Shown piece after piece: positions 17,385 to 27,714 of a DNA stretch of 46,852 nt. This DNA comes from a virus. Position numbers and translations under genes: made by a program. Location of the stretch: IMG/VR virus record IMGVR_UViG_3300019124_000012, positions 1 to 46,852 of that record, one strand, 5' to 3'. The notes under the pieces are model-generated. The model saw only the letters and a list, made by a program, of their open reading frames with translations, was not told where the DNA came from and searched no databases. The number at the start of each line of letters is the position of its first letter. Within the stretch, counting starts at the first letter, position 1.

Positions 17385-18278
17385 TTACGCGCGACGGATG
17401 AGCGCCGAAGCCTTGAAGTTCTTGTGCTTCAGCGAGAACTCGCCCACGATCATCATCTTGGTCGAGTCGCCGTCCTTCGCCAGCGTCTCACGGAACCAGT
17501 TGCGGAAGATGACGAGCTTCCACTGGTCGGGATCGTAGACCAGGGTGTTGCCAGCCTGGAGCCAGCGGTTGAGCTGGATGCTCACCTGACCCACGGGCGA
17601 CACATAGAGGTCCACCGCGTTGACGATCTTGCGATCCGCCTGACCGTTGGTGATCTCGCGGAAGCGGCCAGCCGCCTTGGCGAAGTCAGCGATCACCAGG
17701 GAGTCGTCGGGCGTCACCATAGCGGTGTTCACGTCCGCGCCCTCAGCATAGGTGCGCTGGAGAGCAGCCAGGAGGTTAGCCTCGGAGATCGGGGTCGAGG
17801 CAGAACCGGTGTTGATCACCATCGACGGGTCGATCATCTTGAACACGTTCGCGAACTTGCGCGGCGTGTTGCTGGAGCCAGCGTCAGCCACCTGATCGAA
17901 GCCGATGAGGTTGTGCTCAAGGTCGCGCTTGACCTCAGCCATCGCCTTCGAGAGCTGGTAGGCGCTCTCCTTGGCGCGGCCATAGTGGTCAACGGAGTCG
18001 AGCGAGCCAGAGATCTTGATGGTCTTCTCAAGGATCTGGGTGTAGTTCTGGCGCATACGGGTCGGGCTGAGGGTTGCATCCTGAGCGGTGAAACCTTCAA
18101 CCTGAGCGTTCGCCTTCACAGCAGCCAGCTCGTCTTCCTGCCACTGGAACAGCGTGTTGTGGACCTTCTCCGTGCCGATGGTAGCAACGAACGGAGTCTT
18201 GGTCGGGGAAAGGTTGGAGATAACGTCGGAAACGTCTTCCTTCTTACCAACCGTGTCATACGAAGTGTACTGAGGCAT
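17385..18278 (-). CDS. Major capsid protein (DUF5309 / SU10-type HK97 fold), 297 aa
   Basis: N-terminal signature YDTVGKKEDVSDVISNLSPTKTPFVATIG...TLFQWQEDEL. Follows the scaffold gene and has its own upstream cassette. Confidence 0.85.
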   Translation of the reverse strand: MPQYTSYDTVGKKEDVSDVISNLSPTKTPFVATIGTEKVHNTLFQWQEDELAAVKANAQVEGFTAQDATLSPTRMRQNYTQILEKTIKISGSLDSVDHYGRAKESAYQLSKAMAEVKRDLEHNLIGFDQVADAGSSNTPRKFANVFKMIDPSMVINTGSASTPISEANLLAALQRTYAEGADVNTAMVTPDDSLVIADFAKAAGRFREITNGQADRKIVNAVDLYVSPVGQVSIQLNRWLQAGNTLVYDPDQWKLVIFRNWFRETLAKDGDSTKMMIVGEFSLKHKNFKASALIRRA

Positions 18279-18323
18279 CGAAAATGTATTCCTTCAAAAT
18301 CGAAAGCGTTGTTCAAAAAGAAC

Positions 18324-18341
18324 GTAATTACTTTGTTTCTG
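18324..18341 (-). promoter_or_regulatory. Cassette cagAAACAAAGTAATTAC upstream of the major capsid gene (candidate phage promoter)
   Basis: Lies in the 70-nt scaffold-capsid spacer, 46 nt upstream of the capsid ATG. This is analogous to the strong promoter before T7 gene 10. Confidence 0.45.
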
Positions 18342-18348
18342 GACGTGC

Positions 18349-19416
18349 TTAATCCGCTTCACGCCAGCGAGCGAGCATCAGCTCCGCAGCATCCTCGATG
18401 GAGCCCGTCCGCTTGAGACGCTCCTGCGCCTGCTTCTGAGGCGCGGTCTTCGTGATGGTGCGGGTGACTTCAGAGCTGACCTTGGACTTGATGATCTTCT
18501 TGTTCTTCTTGGTCACCGGGTTCGTCTTGGTCAGCGCCTTCTGGCCCTTGTCATGCAGATAGGCCTTGTGGATCAGTCGAATGATCGGCTCGGACACGAT
18601 CTGGTTGACGATCTCCTCAGGAACACCGGAGTTGATCGCAAACAGGCGCATGTCGTTGTAGAGAGCTTCGTTAAAGCCAGGGATGCCCGTCTTGGGGTCC
18701 GTAAGAGCCTTGAACGTAGCCCGTGCCTCGGTCATCAGCTCGTCCTTGCGAGCCTTCGCCACCTCAGCCATGAACGTATCGAGTTCCTGGGAGATGAACT
18801 GCACGTCCGCGTAGGCCTTCTCAGCCTCGCTACGGAGTGCCTGAAGCTCGTCGGTATCGAGCGTCTTAGCCGCCACAAGCCAATCGATGTCCTGATAGGG
18901 CTTGTAACGCTCCAGAGCGCGTTGCAGCATTTTCTCAGCGGTCGCCACAGCGCGAGCGCCTTGGTCTTCCGCCTTCTTGCGGAGAGCCGCAGCTTCCTGC
19001 GACTTGCGAGTCAGAGCCGCTTCCTGGCCGTAGAGGCGCTTCAGTTTCTCGACCGGAACGTCAATCTCCTTGCCGTCCACGGTCACCTTGACGATGTCAC
19101 TGTCCTTGAGAACCTTGGGCTTCTCACTGTCCTCTTCAGTCTCGGACTCGTCGTCATCGTCCTGGCCTTCGTCGTCCTCGGCCTCATCCTCGGAGCCCTC
19201 GGAATCCTCGTCGTCCTCTGGAGCCTCATGCTCGGAGTCGTCGTCGGTTTCCTCAGTCTCGTTGGTGTCTTCCTCGCGGGAGGTATCCTCCTCTTCGCCC
19301 TCGGATGGCTCGTTCTGAGCGTCCTGTGTCCAGCGTCGAAGGAGTTCTTCAGCAGCATCATCTTCAGAGATGCTAGTTTCAATAACTTGAGCGTCCTGAT
19401 GGATAGCTCCAGACAT
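18349..19416 (-). CDS. Scaffolding protein (355 aa)
   Basis: Very acidic low-complexity N-terminal third and helical C-terminal part. Positioned between portal and capsid. Confidence 0.6.
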   Translation of the reverse strand: MSGAIHQDAQVIETSISEDDAAEELLRRWTQDAQNEPSEGEEEDTSREEDTNETEETDDDSEHEAPEDDEDSEGSEDEAEDDEGQDDDDESETEEDSEKPKVLKDSDIVKVTVDGKEIDVPVEKLKRLYGQEAALTRKSQEAAALRKKAEDQGARAVATAEKMLQRALERYKPYQDIDWLVAAKTLDTDELQALRSEAEKAYADVQFISQELDTFMAEVAKARKDELMTEARATFKALTDPKTGIPGFNEALYNDMRLFAINSGVPEEIVNQIVSEPIIRLIHKAYLHDKGQKALTKTNPVTKKNKKIIKSKVSSEVTRTITKTAPQKQAQERLKRTGSIEDAAELMLARWREAD

Positions 19417-19700
19417 CAGTAGTCCTCGTGTTCTTTCTCTTCATTCTCCGCGTTCAGCCGTTCCACAACTTGATCTTTGGCTGTGCGGAATTGGTTGATG
19501 TACTGAACGAATGCTCGCATGCCGTTGTAGGTCTGGTAGAGCAATTCGCGGGTTTCTTTGTCGGCCAGTGGGGTCGCGAGGATTTCCTTGGCGATCCTGT
19601 CTTCCACCAGCTCGTAAAGCTCGTTGAACGCATCGTCGTTCATGAGCGACTCGGCCATCAGGCCAAGCGTGATGGTTTGTTCGTCTGTCGGTTGCTTCAT
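19416..19700 (-). CDS. Hypothetical protein (94 aa)
   Basis: Its stop overlaps the scaffold ATG (ATGA coupling). Confidence 0.5.
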   Translation of the reverse strand: MKQPTDEQTITLGLMAESLMNDDAFNELYELVEDRIAKEILATPLADKETRELLYQTYNGMRAFVQYINQFRTAKDQVVERLNAENEEKEHEDY

Positions 19701-19749
19701 GGGGATAGACGGCCAGGGCTTACGTAAGCAGAGGCCCTGGCACTATTCA

Positions 19750-20589
19750 TTAGAGGCCCCCGAAGAGGCCCAGGAATGCTCCTAAGATGGACTTCTTATC
19801 GATCCCACCACCCGTCAGAGCGCTCATCGGGCTCCCAGGCTCTCCAATGGGCTGCTGGAGGGCTTCAGGCCCACCATTGGCGCGGAAAGCCTTGATGCCG
19901 TCTCCAGGCTTGGAGGGCTCCGGTGCCCACGGCTCCAGGCCCATGTTCTCCCGCAAGTGCGCGTCGTTCATCTGGTTCGCGATGTCGAGCGGGATCGGCC
20001 CCTCGCCTTCCCAGGTCACCCTCGGACGAGCCGGGGGAACACCAGGGACATTGAGGTCGCCAGGACGCGGAGGAGGCAGAGGAGCCGTCTGAGGCAGCGA
20101 GGTGCCCTTCGGTTTGACCGTGAGGGTCAGCGGCTTGGCTTCCTGCCGGTCCCAATAGTCCTTAGCGATCCGCTCCACACCCACCTTGTCCTGCTCGTCG
20201 CCCCTTGCAGCTTCCTGCGGGTTGTACGCGGGAGCCGGTGGAGTGATCGAGGCAGTCGCCTGCGGAGCCTCAGGAGAGGTCTTCAGAGCCCCAAGCGGGT
20301 TCGGGTTCGCCGCAGAGATGCCAGGAGGCGCACCCCAAGGCATCGGCGGGTTGATCAATCCAGCTCGCATCTGCCCTGAGTGCATCAGAGACGGAAGCGA
20401 GCTAGAGGCAATCGGGTTGAAGCTCGGAGGTGGCGCAGGGATCTGAGGGGCCTGGGGAAGCATCCCCATCTGCCTCTCAAGCGCCTGGACCTCCTCCTCA
20501 GTGTTCGCAACGGGAACCTGAGGCTTCTGAGGGCGATAGCCCATGTAGCCAGGGGGGATCATCCCCCTGACGTTGCTAAAGATGTCCAT
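19750..20589 (-). CDS. Proline-rich low-complexity virion-associated protein (279 aa)
   Basis: ORF between portal and scaffold. Pro/Gly-rich with a hydrophobic C-terminal GAFLGLFGGL. Confidence 0.45.
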   Translation of the reverse strand: MDIFSNVRGMIPPGYMGYRPQKPQVPVANTEEEVQALERQMGMLPQAPQIPAPPPSFNPIASSSLPSLMHSGQMRAGLINPPMPWGAPPGISAANPNPLGALKTSPEAPQATASITPPAPAYNPQEAARGDEQDKVGVERIAKDYWDRQEAKPLTLTVKPKGTSLPQTAPLPPPRPGDLNVPGVPPARPRVTWEGEGPIPLDIANQMNDAHLRENMGLEPWAPEPSKPGDGIKAFRANGGPEALQQPIGEPGSPMSALTGGGIDKKSILGAFLGLFGGL

Positions 20590-20598
20590 GCGAGTTCC

Positions 20599-22644
20599 TT
20601 ACGAGTTCGGTGAGACAATAGGCTTGGCCGGTTCGGTCATCGGAGCCTTCTCGGTGATCGCGATCTCGCGCTGGGCGATGTCGATCTTGTTCGCCGTCTC
20701 CATGTCCTTCCGGTGGTTCTCAGCGAGCTTCAGGAACTGCTCCAGCTTCTCGTTCGCAGCCGCCATCTGCGCCATGAGCGTCTCATGCTGGGCCTTGGCC
20801 TGATCAGCCATAGCCTTCATCTCTTGGAGCTGCGCCTTCGCCGCCCACTCGCGCTCCTTGAACTCCAGCTCCTTCATCTTGAGCTGCACCTCAATCGGAG
20901 GCTCAGGCGGATCGAGTTCGGACGGATGCTTGATGAAGTCTGAGACGTTGCGGATGCCCTTCAGGCTCATGACCTTGGTCGCCACATTGTAACGACCTTC
21001 AGCACCGATCATCCGGTTCAGCTCAGGGTCTTGTGCCGCCATCGTCAGTAGGCCCACGTACTTCATGGCCTCGGTATCGGCAGCGCCCTGGCCCAGGTGG
21101 AAGCTGATGCGGAAGTTCTTGCGCTCGGCCCAGGTCTTCGGGTTGATCTCCACCCAATTCCCGGCCAGCTCCACGACTTGCCGGCGATCCTCGTTCTCGA
21201 TGACGAGCTGGTAAACCTCGATATACAGCTCGGCCAGGAACTCAGCGAAGTTGCGAGCCACGACTTTGGCCCTCTGCTTCGACAGGTCCACAAGGTCAGC
21301 CACAAGGCCCTGCGAGTTCTGCTTGGAGATCGCGTCCTTGTTCAGGCCCTGAGACAGCGAGCTGGTGCCCGTCGTCTCCTCCTTGTTGGCCTTGAGCATC
21401 TCAAGGGTCTGGTAGACGAACGGGTTGAGGTTCGCCTGCTCCAGCGGCTTCACGGCATCGGGACGGGTGATGTTCACCAGACCGCCCAGCCGGTTATCGA
21501 GCATTTCACGCGGGTTCGTCAGACCACCCTGGAGAACCGTGTAGCGCGGGTTCAGGGTGATCGCGGTGTGATCGAGGATGCCACGGGTCAGAACGGTTCT
21601 GGCGTTCTGCGTGGGGATCACGCGCTTGGCAAAGTTGTTACCCCAGAACGAGTGAGAGACACGCAGCGGCGTGAAGACCTTGAAGGGGCTCCGCGCCACA
21701 GGCTCCATGAGCAGGGTCTGACCGGCGCACCGGACAACCTTGTGGAGCTGGGGACGCTTACCCTTCGGGGCCAGCCTGAGATAGCACTCGTAAACCTTGT
21801 ATCGCTTCAGGCCCTGATGGTCATGCTCCTCATCGGGCGTATAGCCGCTCTCGACCTGACTGAAGCGAGCCTCAGTTTCCGTCGAGCGATCAGTGTTCTC
21901 GTCTGCGTCTGGATTGGTGTCCTTGAGCTTGGAGATGTCGAGGCCCATCGCCTCCATCTCGTCAAGCGTGAGAAGCTCCAGATGATAGTGGAATGCGTCA
22001 GCGAGGCTCTTGGCCTGCGGCTCGACGCCAAAGTTCTCCGGTGCCACCGGCTCGATACGGACCTGAGAGCGGTCAGCTTTAACCTTCGTCAGCTTCCCTC
22101 GATACAGACCAGTAGCGTCCTGCTCTGCCTCAAGCTCCTCGACTTCGTCCAGGGCGGCTAACCCCTCGACTGTGTACTCATCGAGGCCCTCAAACTCATG
22201 GTCCTCAGTTTCCTTCTGCTCGTCCCAATAGACCTTCACGATGCCGACACGGGCCTTGAGGCCATCGTCCACCACATCATGGAAGATCTGCCAGCCTGGG
22301 TTCTGCCGGTAGATGATGTACGAGCAATAGTCGGTCGCGATCCGGCAGCTTTCGACATCGTTCGGGCCTTGGGGCTCAAACTGCCCGATCTCCTGGGAAC
22401 CGCCGAAGGTTTCCAAGAGGTCTGCCTTCATGGACTCGACAGCGTCGTACACGTCCGTTGAGACATAGGAGGATTGGCCCTTGTGCTGCTGCTTCGGGGC
22501 CTCCCCGTTGTAATACTTGAGTACCTTTTCGCGCTCGTCAGAGAGCTTGGAGGTCGCTACACCGACTGCGAGGGCTACCTTGCGGTCAACGAGCAGACCA
22601 ATATCCTCCTCACTGAGCCCCTGCTTGGCTTTCGTTACCGCCAT
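20599..22644 (-). CDS. Portal protein (681 aa)
   Basis: Size and position immediately downstream of the large terminase. Coiled-coil C-terminal barrel-like region. No motif check was possible by eye. Confidence 0.7.
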   Translation of the reverse strand: MAVTKAKQGLSEEDIGLLVDRKVALAVGVATSKLSDEREKVLKYYNGEAPKQQHKGQSSYVSTDVYDAVESMKADLLETFGGSQEIGQFEPQGPNDVESCRIATDYCSYIIYRQNPGWQIFHDVVDDGLKARVGIVKVYWDEQKETEDHEFEGLDEYTVEGLAALDEVEELEAEQDATGLYRGKLTKVKADRSQVRIEPVAPENFGVEPQAKSLADAFHYHLELLTLDEMEAMGLDISKLKDTNPDADENTDRSTETEARFSQVESGYTPDEEHDHQGLKRYKVYECYLRLAPKGKRPQLHKVVRCAGQTLLMEPVARSPFKVFTPLRVSHSFWGNNFAKRVIPTQNARTVLTRGILDHTAITLNPRYTVLQGGLTNPREMLDNRLGGLVNITRPDAVKPLEQANLNPFVYQTLEMLKANKEETTGTSSLSQGLNKDAISKQNSQGLVADLVDLSKQRAKVVARNFAEFLAELYIEVYQLVIENEDRRQVVELAGNWVEINPKTWAERKNFRISFHLGQGAADTEAMKYVGLLTMAAQDPELNRMIGAEGRYNVATKVMSLKGIRNVSDFIKHPSELDPPEPPIEVQLKMKELEFKEREWAAKAQLQEMKAMADQAKAQHETLMAQMAAANEKLEQFLKLAENHRKDMETANKIDIAQREIAITEKAPMTEPAKPIVSPNS

Positions 22645-22660
22645 AAGTATTCCTCAATTA

Positions 22661-24235
22661 TTAAATGGCTTCGTAATAGAAATCGTCCGTTACGTTGATC
22701 GGAATGAACTTCCCTTCGTGGATGTGGTTTGCGATTGCCAGAGACATCACACAGTCGTCGTGGCATCCTTCCTCGGCTTCCATTGTTCCGGTTTCGGTCA
22801 CAATGTACTGAAGCATTTCACGGAGGGTTTCTTTATCGTTCACCGTGATCTCCCGCTCGCGCAAAGACGCACGAAGACGGTCGATGATCAGAGGCTTGGT
22901 CTTGACGGTCGTGCGGAAACCAATCGAAATCGATTCCTTATCCGACAGAGAGCCTTCTGTGACTTCGGTGTACGTGTTGGGGTACGCGAGATCTCGGCCT
23001 AATCTGATGGCCGTGAGGATGCCGTGGTTGTTATTCTCGACGGCAATTCGCGCTGTGTTGTAGTAGTAGCCAAGTGCGTTAAGGATCGTCGCGAAATAGT
23101 CTGGGTGAACTTGTCCTCTCCAGACAGCGACTTGCTCCCGGTTGGAGTCGAGGATCTGCGCGACCGAATAGTCGCCGTTACGTAGACCCATGCCAACGTC
23201 AGCACCGATATAATAGACTTCGCCAGGATCACGGTGTCGATAGACAAGCAATTCTCCTCTCGGATGCTCGTTGACGCCACCCTCCTCCACGGCCATACGA
23301 GCAATCGGATCGGGCGCGGACTGTAGAAGCTCCTGAATTTGCTCAGGGTTGAACACAGGACGACCTGAGCTGATGAAGGCTTCTTCAGCGTTGCTCGGAT
23401 ATTCCTGCTGGAATGCTTCGCGTCCGTTCTGAGCGATCTTCACGCGACGGAACATCAACTGCTCGTCGTCCAGGCCGTACTTCTCGGCCAGCTCCTGCTC
23501 CTCGTAGGTGCGCTCGAAATTCTCAGGCACCGGCAAGCGGTACTCAGGAGAGTCGAACCACGGAGAGAAGAACGGGATGAAGCCATTCTCGCCACGGACG
23601 GCACCCATCCACAGCTCGTAGAAGACACCGGACATACCGTTCGCGGTGGACTCCACGAACACTTCGGTGCCCTTGTCGTTCGGGATGGCCTGCAACAGAG
23701 CGTTCAGGTTGTCCGCAGCGGTCGCCTTGGGCCAGAACGCGACCTCGGAGAGGTGCGCCACGTTGATCGTTTCACCGCGAGCGATGCCATCACCACCAGC
23801 GGTCGCCACGACGATGCCCGATTGGAGCAGATCGAACGCCAGCTCCTTGCGGTTGGAGTATTTGGTGGACGGCTTGACCAGCTCAGGGCATTCCGCGTGG
23901 ATGCGCTGGTACATATCGAACAGGGTGCGGGTGGAGTCTGCCTTGTGGGCGACAACCAGGCCTTTCACACCCCGGTTCTGCGATGTCCTGAAGTAGAGGC
24001 GACCAGACGTGTAGGTCGAGAGGCCCTGCTGACGGGCCTTCAGGATGATCACACGGACCTTTCCCTCGGCCTCGTACTGCTTCTTTACGACCTCATCGAG
24101 CTTCTGCTGGATGGGATTGAAGACGAGAGGCTTGATCTCTGACTTCTTCGTGCGGATCTTCACGCAATGCTTGGCGTAGAACGCATAATCATCGTGCAAC
24201 CTCTTGCGGGTCGCCTTCAATGCCTCTTGACTCAT
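22661..24235 (-). CDS. terL: Terminase large subunit (524 aa)
   Basis: ATPase region ILKARQQGLSTY...VAHKADS...AHLSEVAFW, and nuclease region IGADVG...HDDCVMSLAIA. Confidence 0.85.
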   Translation of the reverse strand: MSQEALKATRKRLHDDYAFYAKHCVKIRTKKSEIKPLVFNPIQQKLDEVVKKQYEAEGKVRVIILKARQQGLSTYTSGRLYFRTSQNRGVKGLVVAHKADSTRTLFDMYQRIHAECPELVKPSTKYSNRKELAFDLLQSGIVVATAGGDGIARGETINVAHLSEVAFWPKATAADNLNALLQAIPNDKGTEVFVESTANGMSGVFYELWMGAVRGENGFIPFFSPWFDSPEYRLPVPENFERTYEEQELAEKYGLDDEQLMFRRVKIAQNGREAFQQEYPSNAEEAFISSGRPVFNPEQIQELLQSAPDPIARMAVEEGGVNEHPRGELLVYRHRDPGEVYYIGADVGMGLRNGDYSVAQILDSNREQVAVWRGQVHPDYFATILNALGYYYNTARIAVENNNHGILTAIRLGRDLAYPNTYTEVTEGSLSDKESISIGFRTTVKTKPLIIDRLRASLREREITVNDKETLREMLQYIVTETGTMEAEEGCHDDCVMSLAIANHIHEGKFIPINVTDDFYYEAI

Positions 24236-24236
24236 G

Positions 24237-24254
24237 CCAATTACGTTGAATTAA
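24237..24254 (-). promoter_or_regulatory. Cassette variant ttaATTCAACGTAATTGG abutting the terL ATG
   Basis: Core CAACGTAATT is identical to the consensus. It fills the 26-nt terS-terL gap, and the ATG follows after 1 nt with no Shine-Dalgarno. Confidence 0.35.
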
Positions 24255-24261
24255 ACTAAAA

Positions 24262-24834
24262 CTATTTCTCGTTCGCCTCCTCAGCGATCTGAGCGAGCCA
24301 TGCTTCAGCAGCGTTGACCGTCATTTCGGTCTTGTTGACCGGCTTCGCCATCGTCCACTCCAGAACCTGACGCGCAGCCTTGAGCTGCATGTCCTGATTC
24401 ATCGGGGACCGCATGATCGTGAGGGTTGTCTCAAGAGCCTCAGCCGCAGACTCGTTGAGGTCAGGCATAACCTTCTTGATGTTCTCCATGTCGATCTTTG
24501 CCTTCCTACGGGCCTCAGCCCAGAGTTTCTCCGCTTCCTCGCGGCGCATGCCATCAGGAACCCCTCGCCTTCTGCGGACAGGGCCTCCCGGCTTGTTGAA
24601 AAACTGTTGGATCTGACGCATCCGCTCCCGGTACCACTCCCGATAGCCGGGGATCTCACGGGACTTCTTGTGAACCGGATGGTCTTCCTTGAGGTCGGGG
24701 CGCTTCCAGGCACCCTTCGACTTGTTGTGGTCGCTCTCAGCCTTCTTGCGCGGCTTTCGAGGCTTTGTGGTCTTCTTCGCAGGGGTGGGTTCAGGAGAAG
24801 GAGCCCTCAGCTCCCCCTCCATCACCTCAATCAT
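24262..24834 (-). CDS. Terminase small subunit candidate (190 aa)
   Basis: Directly upstream of terL, with a basic N-terminal region. The ATG at 24834 is preceded by AGGA and lies just after the stop of the upstream gene. Assignment is positional. Confidence 0.45.
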   Translation of the reverse strand: MIEVMEGELRAPSPEPTPAKKTTKPRKPRKKAESDHNKSKGAWKRPDLKEDHPVHKKSREIPGYREWYRERMRQIQQFFNKPGGPVRRRRGVPDGMRREEAEKLWAEARRKAKIDMENIKKVMPDLNESAAEALETTLTIMRSPMNQDMQLKAARQVLEWTMAKPVNKTEMTVNAAEAWLAQIAEEANEK

Positions 24835-24841
24835 TCGTCCT

Positions 24842-27700
24842 TCACTTGTTGGAACGACCCTTGCGCTTTTCGTCTGCTTTGCGCTTTTGGTCTTCATTCT
24901 CCCACTTCCAGATTGAATAGAAATCCTCGGAATCGAAGTGATCCCGCATCTTCTTTCTGTCGTTGGGATCTTGAATCTTCTCAAGCATCCGCTTGACGAC
25001 TTCGCGAGCCTCGCTCTGATACTTCACGTTATTCACGAACTGGCTCTTGAACTCAGAGACAACTCTTGCGCTCTGCTCATTGATCACGCCGTCCTGATCG
25101 GCCAGCTTCTCATTGGCAGCACGGAAGTGCTTGTCCCTGCGCTCCATGCGCTGCTTCGTTCCAGCCTCGCGAGCGTATTGCGACAGGCGAGCATCCTCAG
25201 GGTTCTGAAGAGCCTCCTGATCGCCATGCGCCACGCGCCTTAGGTTCTCGTTTGCAGCTTGTGTCTTCGCCTCGGCCTTGGGAGCCTCCTTGGCCTTCTC
25301 AGCCTTGGGCTTGACCTCCTCGACCTGACGCCCCTCCTCCTTGGCCTGCATCTTGCGGACCTTCTGGATGGCGGACATGCGCTTGCGGACCTCAGCGAAC
25401 TGAGCGTCCACGTTGGCATTCTCAGCGTCAGCCTCGCGGCGAACACGACCCTCTTCCTTGGCCTTCAGGCCTTCACGGAAGTTGATCGCCTGGACACCGG
25501 CCTTCACGTCTTGCAGCTCGCGCTTGGCAGCTTGAGCCTTCATCCGTTCGCGGCCCTGGATCGCCTGAACGAGCTTCCTGGCGTTCTGCATCGCGAGATT
25601 GTCCTGAACGACCTCAGCCTGCTCGGCCTGGGCCTTCATCTTCTCGCGCTTCTGGATCGCCTGGATGCCCCGCTTGATCTCGCCCATGTCGAACTCAGGT
25701 TCGGCATTCGCAGCCTCAGCTTCCGCCTGGGCCTGGGCGAGCGCTTCAGCCTCATCGGCCTCAGCCTTTGCCTTGATCCGTTCCCGGTTCTTGATCGCCT
25801 GGACGCCCCTCCGCAGCTCGGCCCAATTCACATCGGGCTCCACAGCCGCAGCCTCGGCTTCCTTGGCTACCTTTTCGTCGTGGCGAGCCTTGAGCTTGCT
25901 CAGGGCGTTTACGACCTTGTTGGCTTCCTTGAGGCGCTTGGCCTCAGCCGCCGCATTCTTCTTGTCTTCCTTTTCCTTGAGGGTCTTCAGCAGCTCCTCA
26001 TGGCGCTTACGGGCATTGAACTCGGAGTTCTCCCGGTCAGCGTCACGGCGCATGATCTCCTCACGCTGCTGCTCCCAATTGTAGTCAGGCCGTGCAGGCA
26101 GCTCAGGCGCCTCCTGGGCTCCCTTACGGGCCATGAACTCCTTGGCGGGGTTCCGGTTACCGGTGAGCTTGTCGAGGGCGCGAGCGGCCCCGTAGACCGC
26201 CATCGGAGCAGCCAGGGTCTTGCCTGCCGTGGCCGCAGAGATACCAAGCTGGGAGGCCAGCCCCAGACCACCGATACCGGCGATCACGGAAGCACCACCC
26301 ATGCCCGTCTGGGCTCTCTGCTTGAACAGGTTGACCGGGTTGATCCATTCGAGGTGACGGGCCACGCCACCAACGAACTGTCCGTTCTTCTCCTGACCCA
26401 GCTCCCGCAGCTTGTTCAGCGCGGACTTCTGGTCGAGAGCGGAGATCAGCCGCTGGCCCTGGTCCGTCTCAGCGAGCTGGGTGGACCTCAAGGCCTCAAT
26501 AGCTTCATCGAGATCCGTGGCCTTCTTCTTCAGGCCGTCACGGATGCGTTCGACCTCGGAGCGGAGCTTCGTGCCTGCGCTCGGAGCTGAAAACTCAAGA
26601 TCGCGATAGAACCGCTCGTTGAGAGCGCTGTGGTACGTATCGATCTGGTTGTTCAGGTCCGTCTCGGTCGCCTGGATGAGCTTGAAGGCTTCATCGGCGT
26701 TGCGCGGGTCGATCCCTTGCTTCCGCATGGTTTCGGCCAGGGCAGCACCCTGAGCGTCACCAATACTGCTCATGCGGGAGTTCTGGTAGATGTCCCTACC
26801 AGCGCCTGCGCCACGAATGGCACCACCCATCGCACCACCAGCTACCAGGGATGCGACGAGGTCGTCCTTGTTCATGTTCTGCTTGACACCCTTCTCGGTG
26901 CCAATGCCCGTACCGACTTGGTTGATCAGCTCCTGGCCCAGCTCGGTACCACCCTCCTTGAGAGCGGACTTACCGACTTCCTTAGCGGCCTGCCCTGTCG
27001 TGGTCGCGAGCTTGCCTAAGGCACCCTTGGCACCCAAGGCGTTCAAAGCGGCCTCAGCGCCCGTAACGGCACCCGCCTGGAGCTTGTCTTCCGTCGTGGC
27101 AGTCTCAAGCGTCCGGTTGTTGTTCCTGGCGACCTTTTCGACGTTACGACCACCCTCACGGGCAGCGTAGGACGTACCGCCAGCCACCAGGGCACCGCCA
27201 GGGCCAGCCACCACGCCACCCACACCAGCCGCAGCGAGGTCCGCAGCCATACCGGGGGCACCTCTCGCGATCATGTAGGGGATCGCGTTCAGGCTGTAGC
27301 CACCAACCGTAATGTCGCCTTCATCGGGATTCGAGAAGCGCTCCCTGCCGTCCCTAAACTTCTGGCTCGGTCGCAGGGTCTTGCCGACTTGCTCGACTGC
27401 CTTACCAAAATCTCGTGTCTTCTCAAAGACCTGGGCCGTCTTGCCAAGGCCTTCGATGGCTTCCGCAGTACCGGCCTGAAGCTCGCCCAGGAAGGACGGC
27501 TCGGCCCCCTCTTTCGCCTTCTGCGGTGCCTTATAATGCTTGGAAATTCCGTTGAGGATGAAATCGGAGGGGACACCTTCGTTCTTGAGAGCGTCGATGT
27601 CCCCTGCCAATTCAGGAGCATGCTTGCGGACGCCCTCAAGAATGTCGTCGTCAGACATACCCTCTGAGCGGAGCGCTCGAATGTCGTCCGCAGTTAGCAT
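24842..27700 (-). CDS. Large internal virion / ejection protein with five internal repeats (952 aa)
   Basis: Size, Gly/Ala-rich N-terminal half, and five copies of (V/I)QAI(Q/K/N)xRExxKA(Q/K)xE in the C-terminal half. Position beside the lysozyme-domain protein. Confidence 0.55.
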   Translation of the reverse strand: MLTADDIRALRSEGMSDDDILEGVRKHAPELAGDIDALKNEGVPSDFILNGISKHYKAPQKAKEGAEPSFLGELQAGTAEAIEGLGKTAQVFEKTRDFGKAVEQVGKTLRPSQKFRDGRERFSNPDEGDITVGGYSLNAIPYMIARGAPGMAADLAAAGVGGVVAGPGGALVAGGTSYAAREGGRNVEKVARNNNRTLETATTEDKLQAGAVTGAEAALNALGAKGALGKLATTTGQAAKEVGKSALKEGGTELGQELINQVGTGIGTEKGVKQNMNKDDLVASLVAGGAMGGAIRGAGAGRDIYQNSRMSSIGDAQGAALAETMRKQGIDPRNADEAFKLIQATETDLNNQIDTYHSALNERFYRDLEFSAPSAGTKLRSEVERIRDGLKKKATDLDEAIEALRSTQLAETDQGQRLISALDQKSALNKLRELGQEKNGQFVGGVARHLEWINPVNLFKQRAQTGMGGASVIAGIGGLGLASQLGISAATAGKTLAAPMAVYGAARALDKLTGNRNPAKEFMARKGAQEAPELPARPDYNWEQQREEIMRRDADRENSEFNARKRHEELLKTLKEKEDKKNAAAEAKRLKEANKVVNALSKLKARHDEKVAKEAEAAAVEPDVNWAELRRGVQAIKNRERIKAKAEADEAEALAQAQAEAEAANAEPEFDMGEIKRGIQAIQKREKMKAQAEQAEVVQDNLAMQNARKLVQAIQGRERMKAQAAKRELQDVKAGVQAINFREGLKAKEEGRVRREADAENANVDAQFAEVRKRMSAIQKVRKMQAKEEGRQVEEVKPKAEKAKEAPKAEAKTQAANENLRRVAHGDQEALQNPEDARLSQYAREAGTKQRMERRDKHFRAANEKLADQDGVINEQSARVVSEFKSQFVNNVKYQSEAREVVKRMLEKIQDPNDRKKMRDHFDSEDFYSIWKWENEDQKRKADEKRKGRSNK

Positions 27701-27714
27701 TGCTTAACCTCTTA

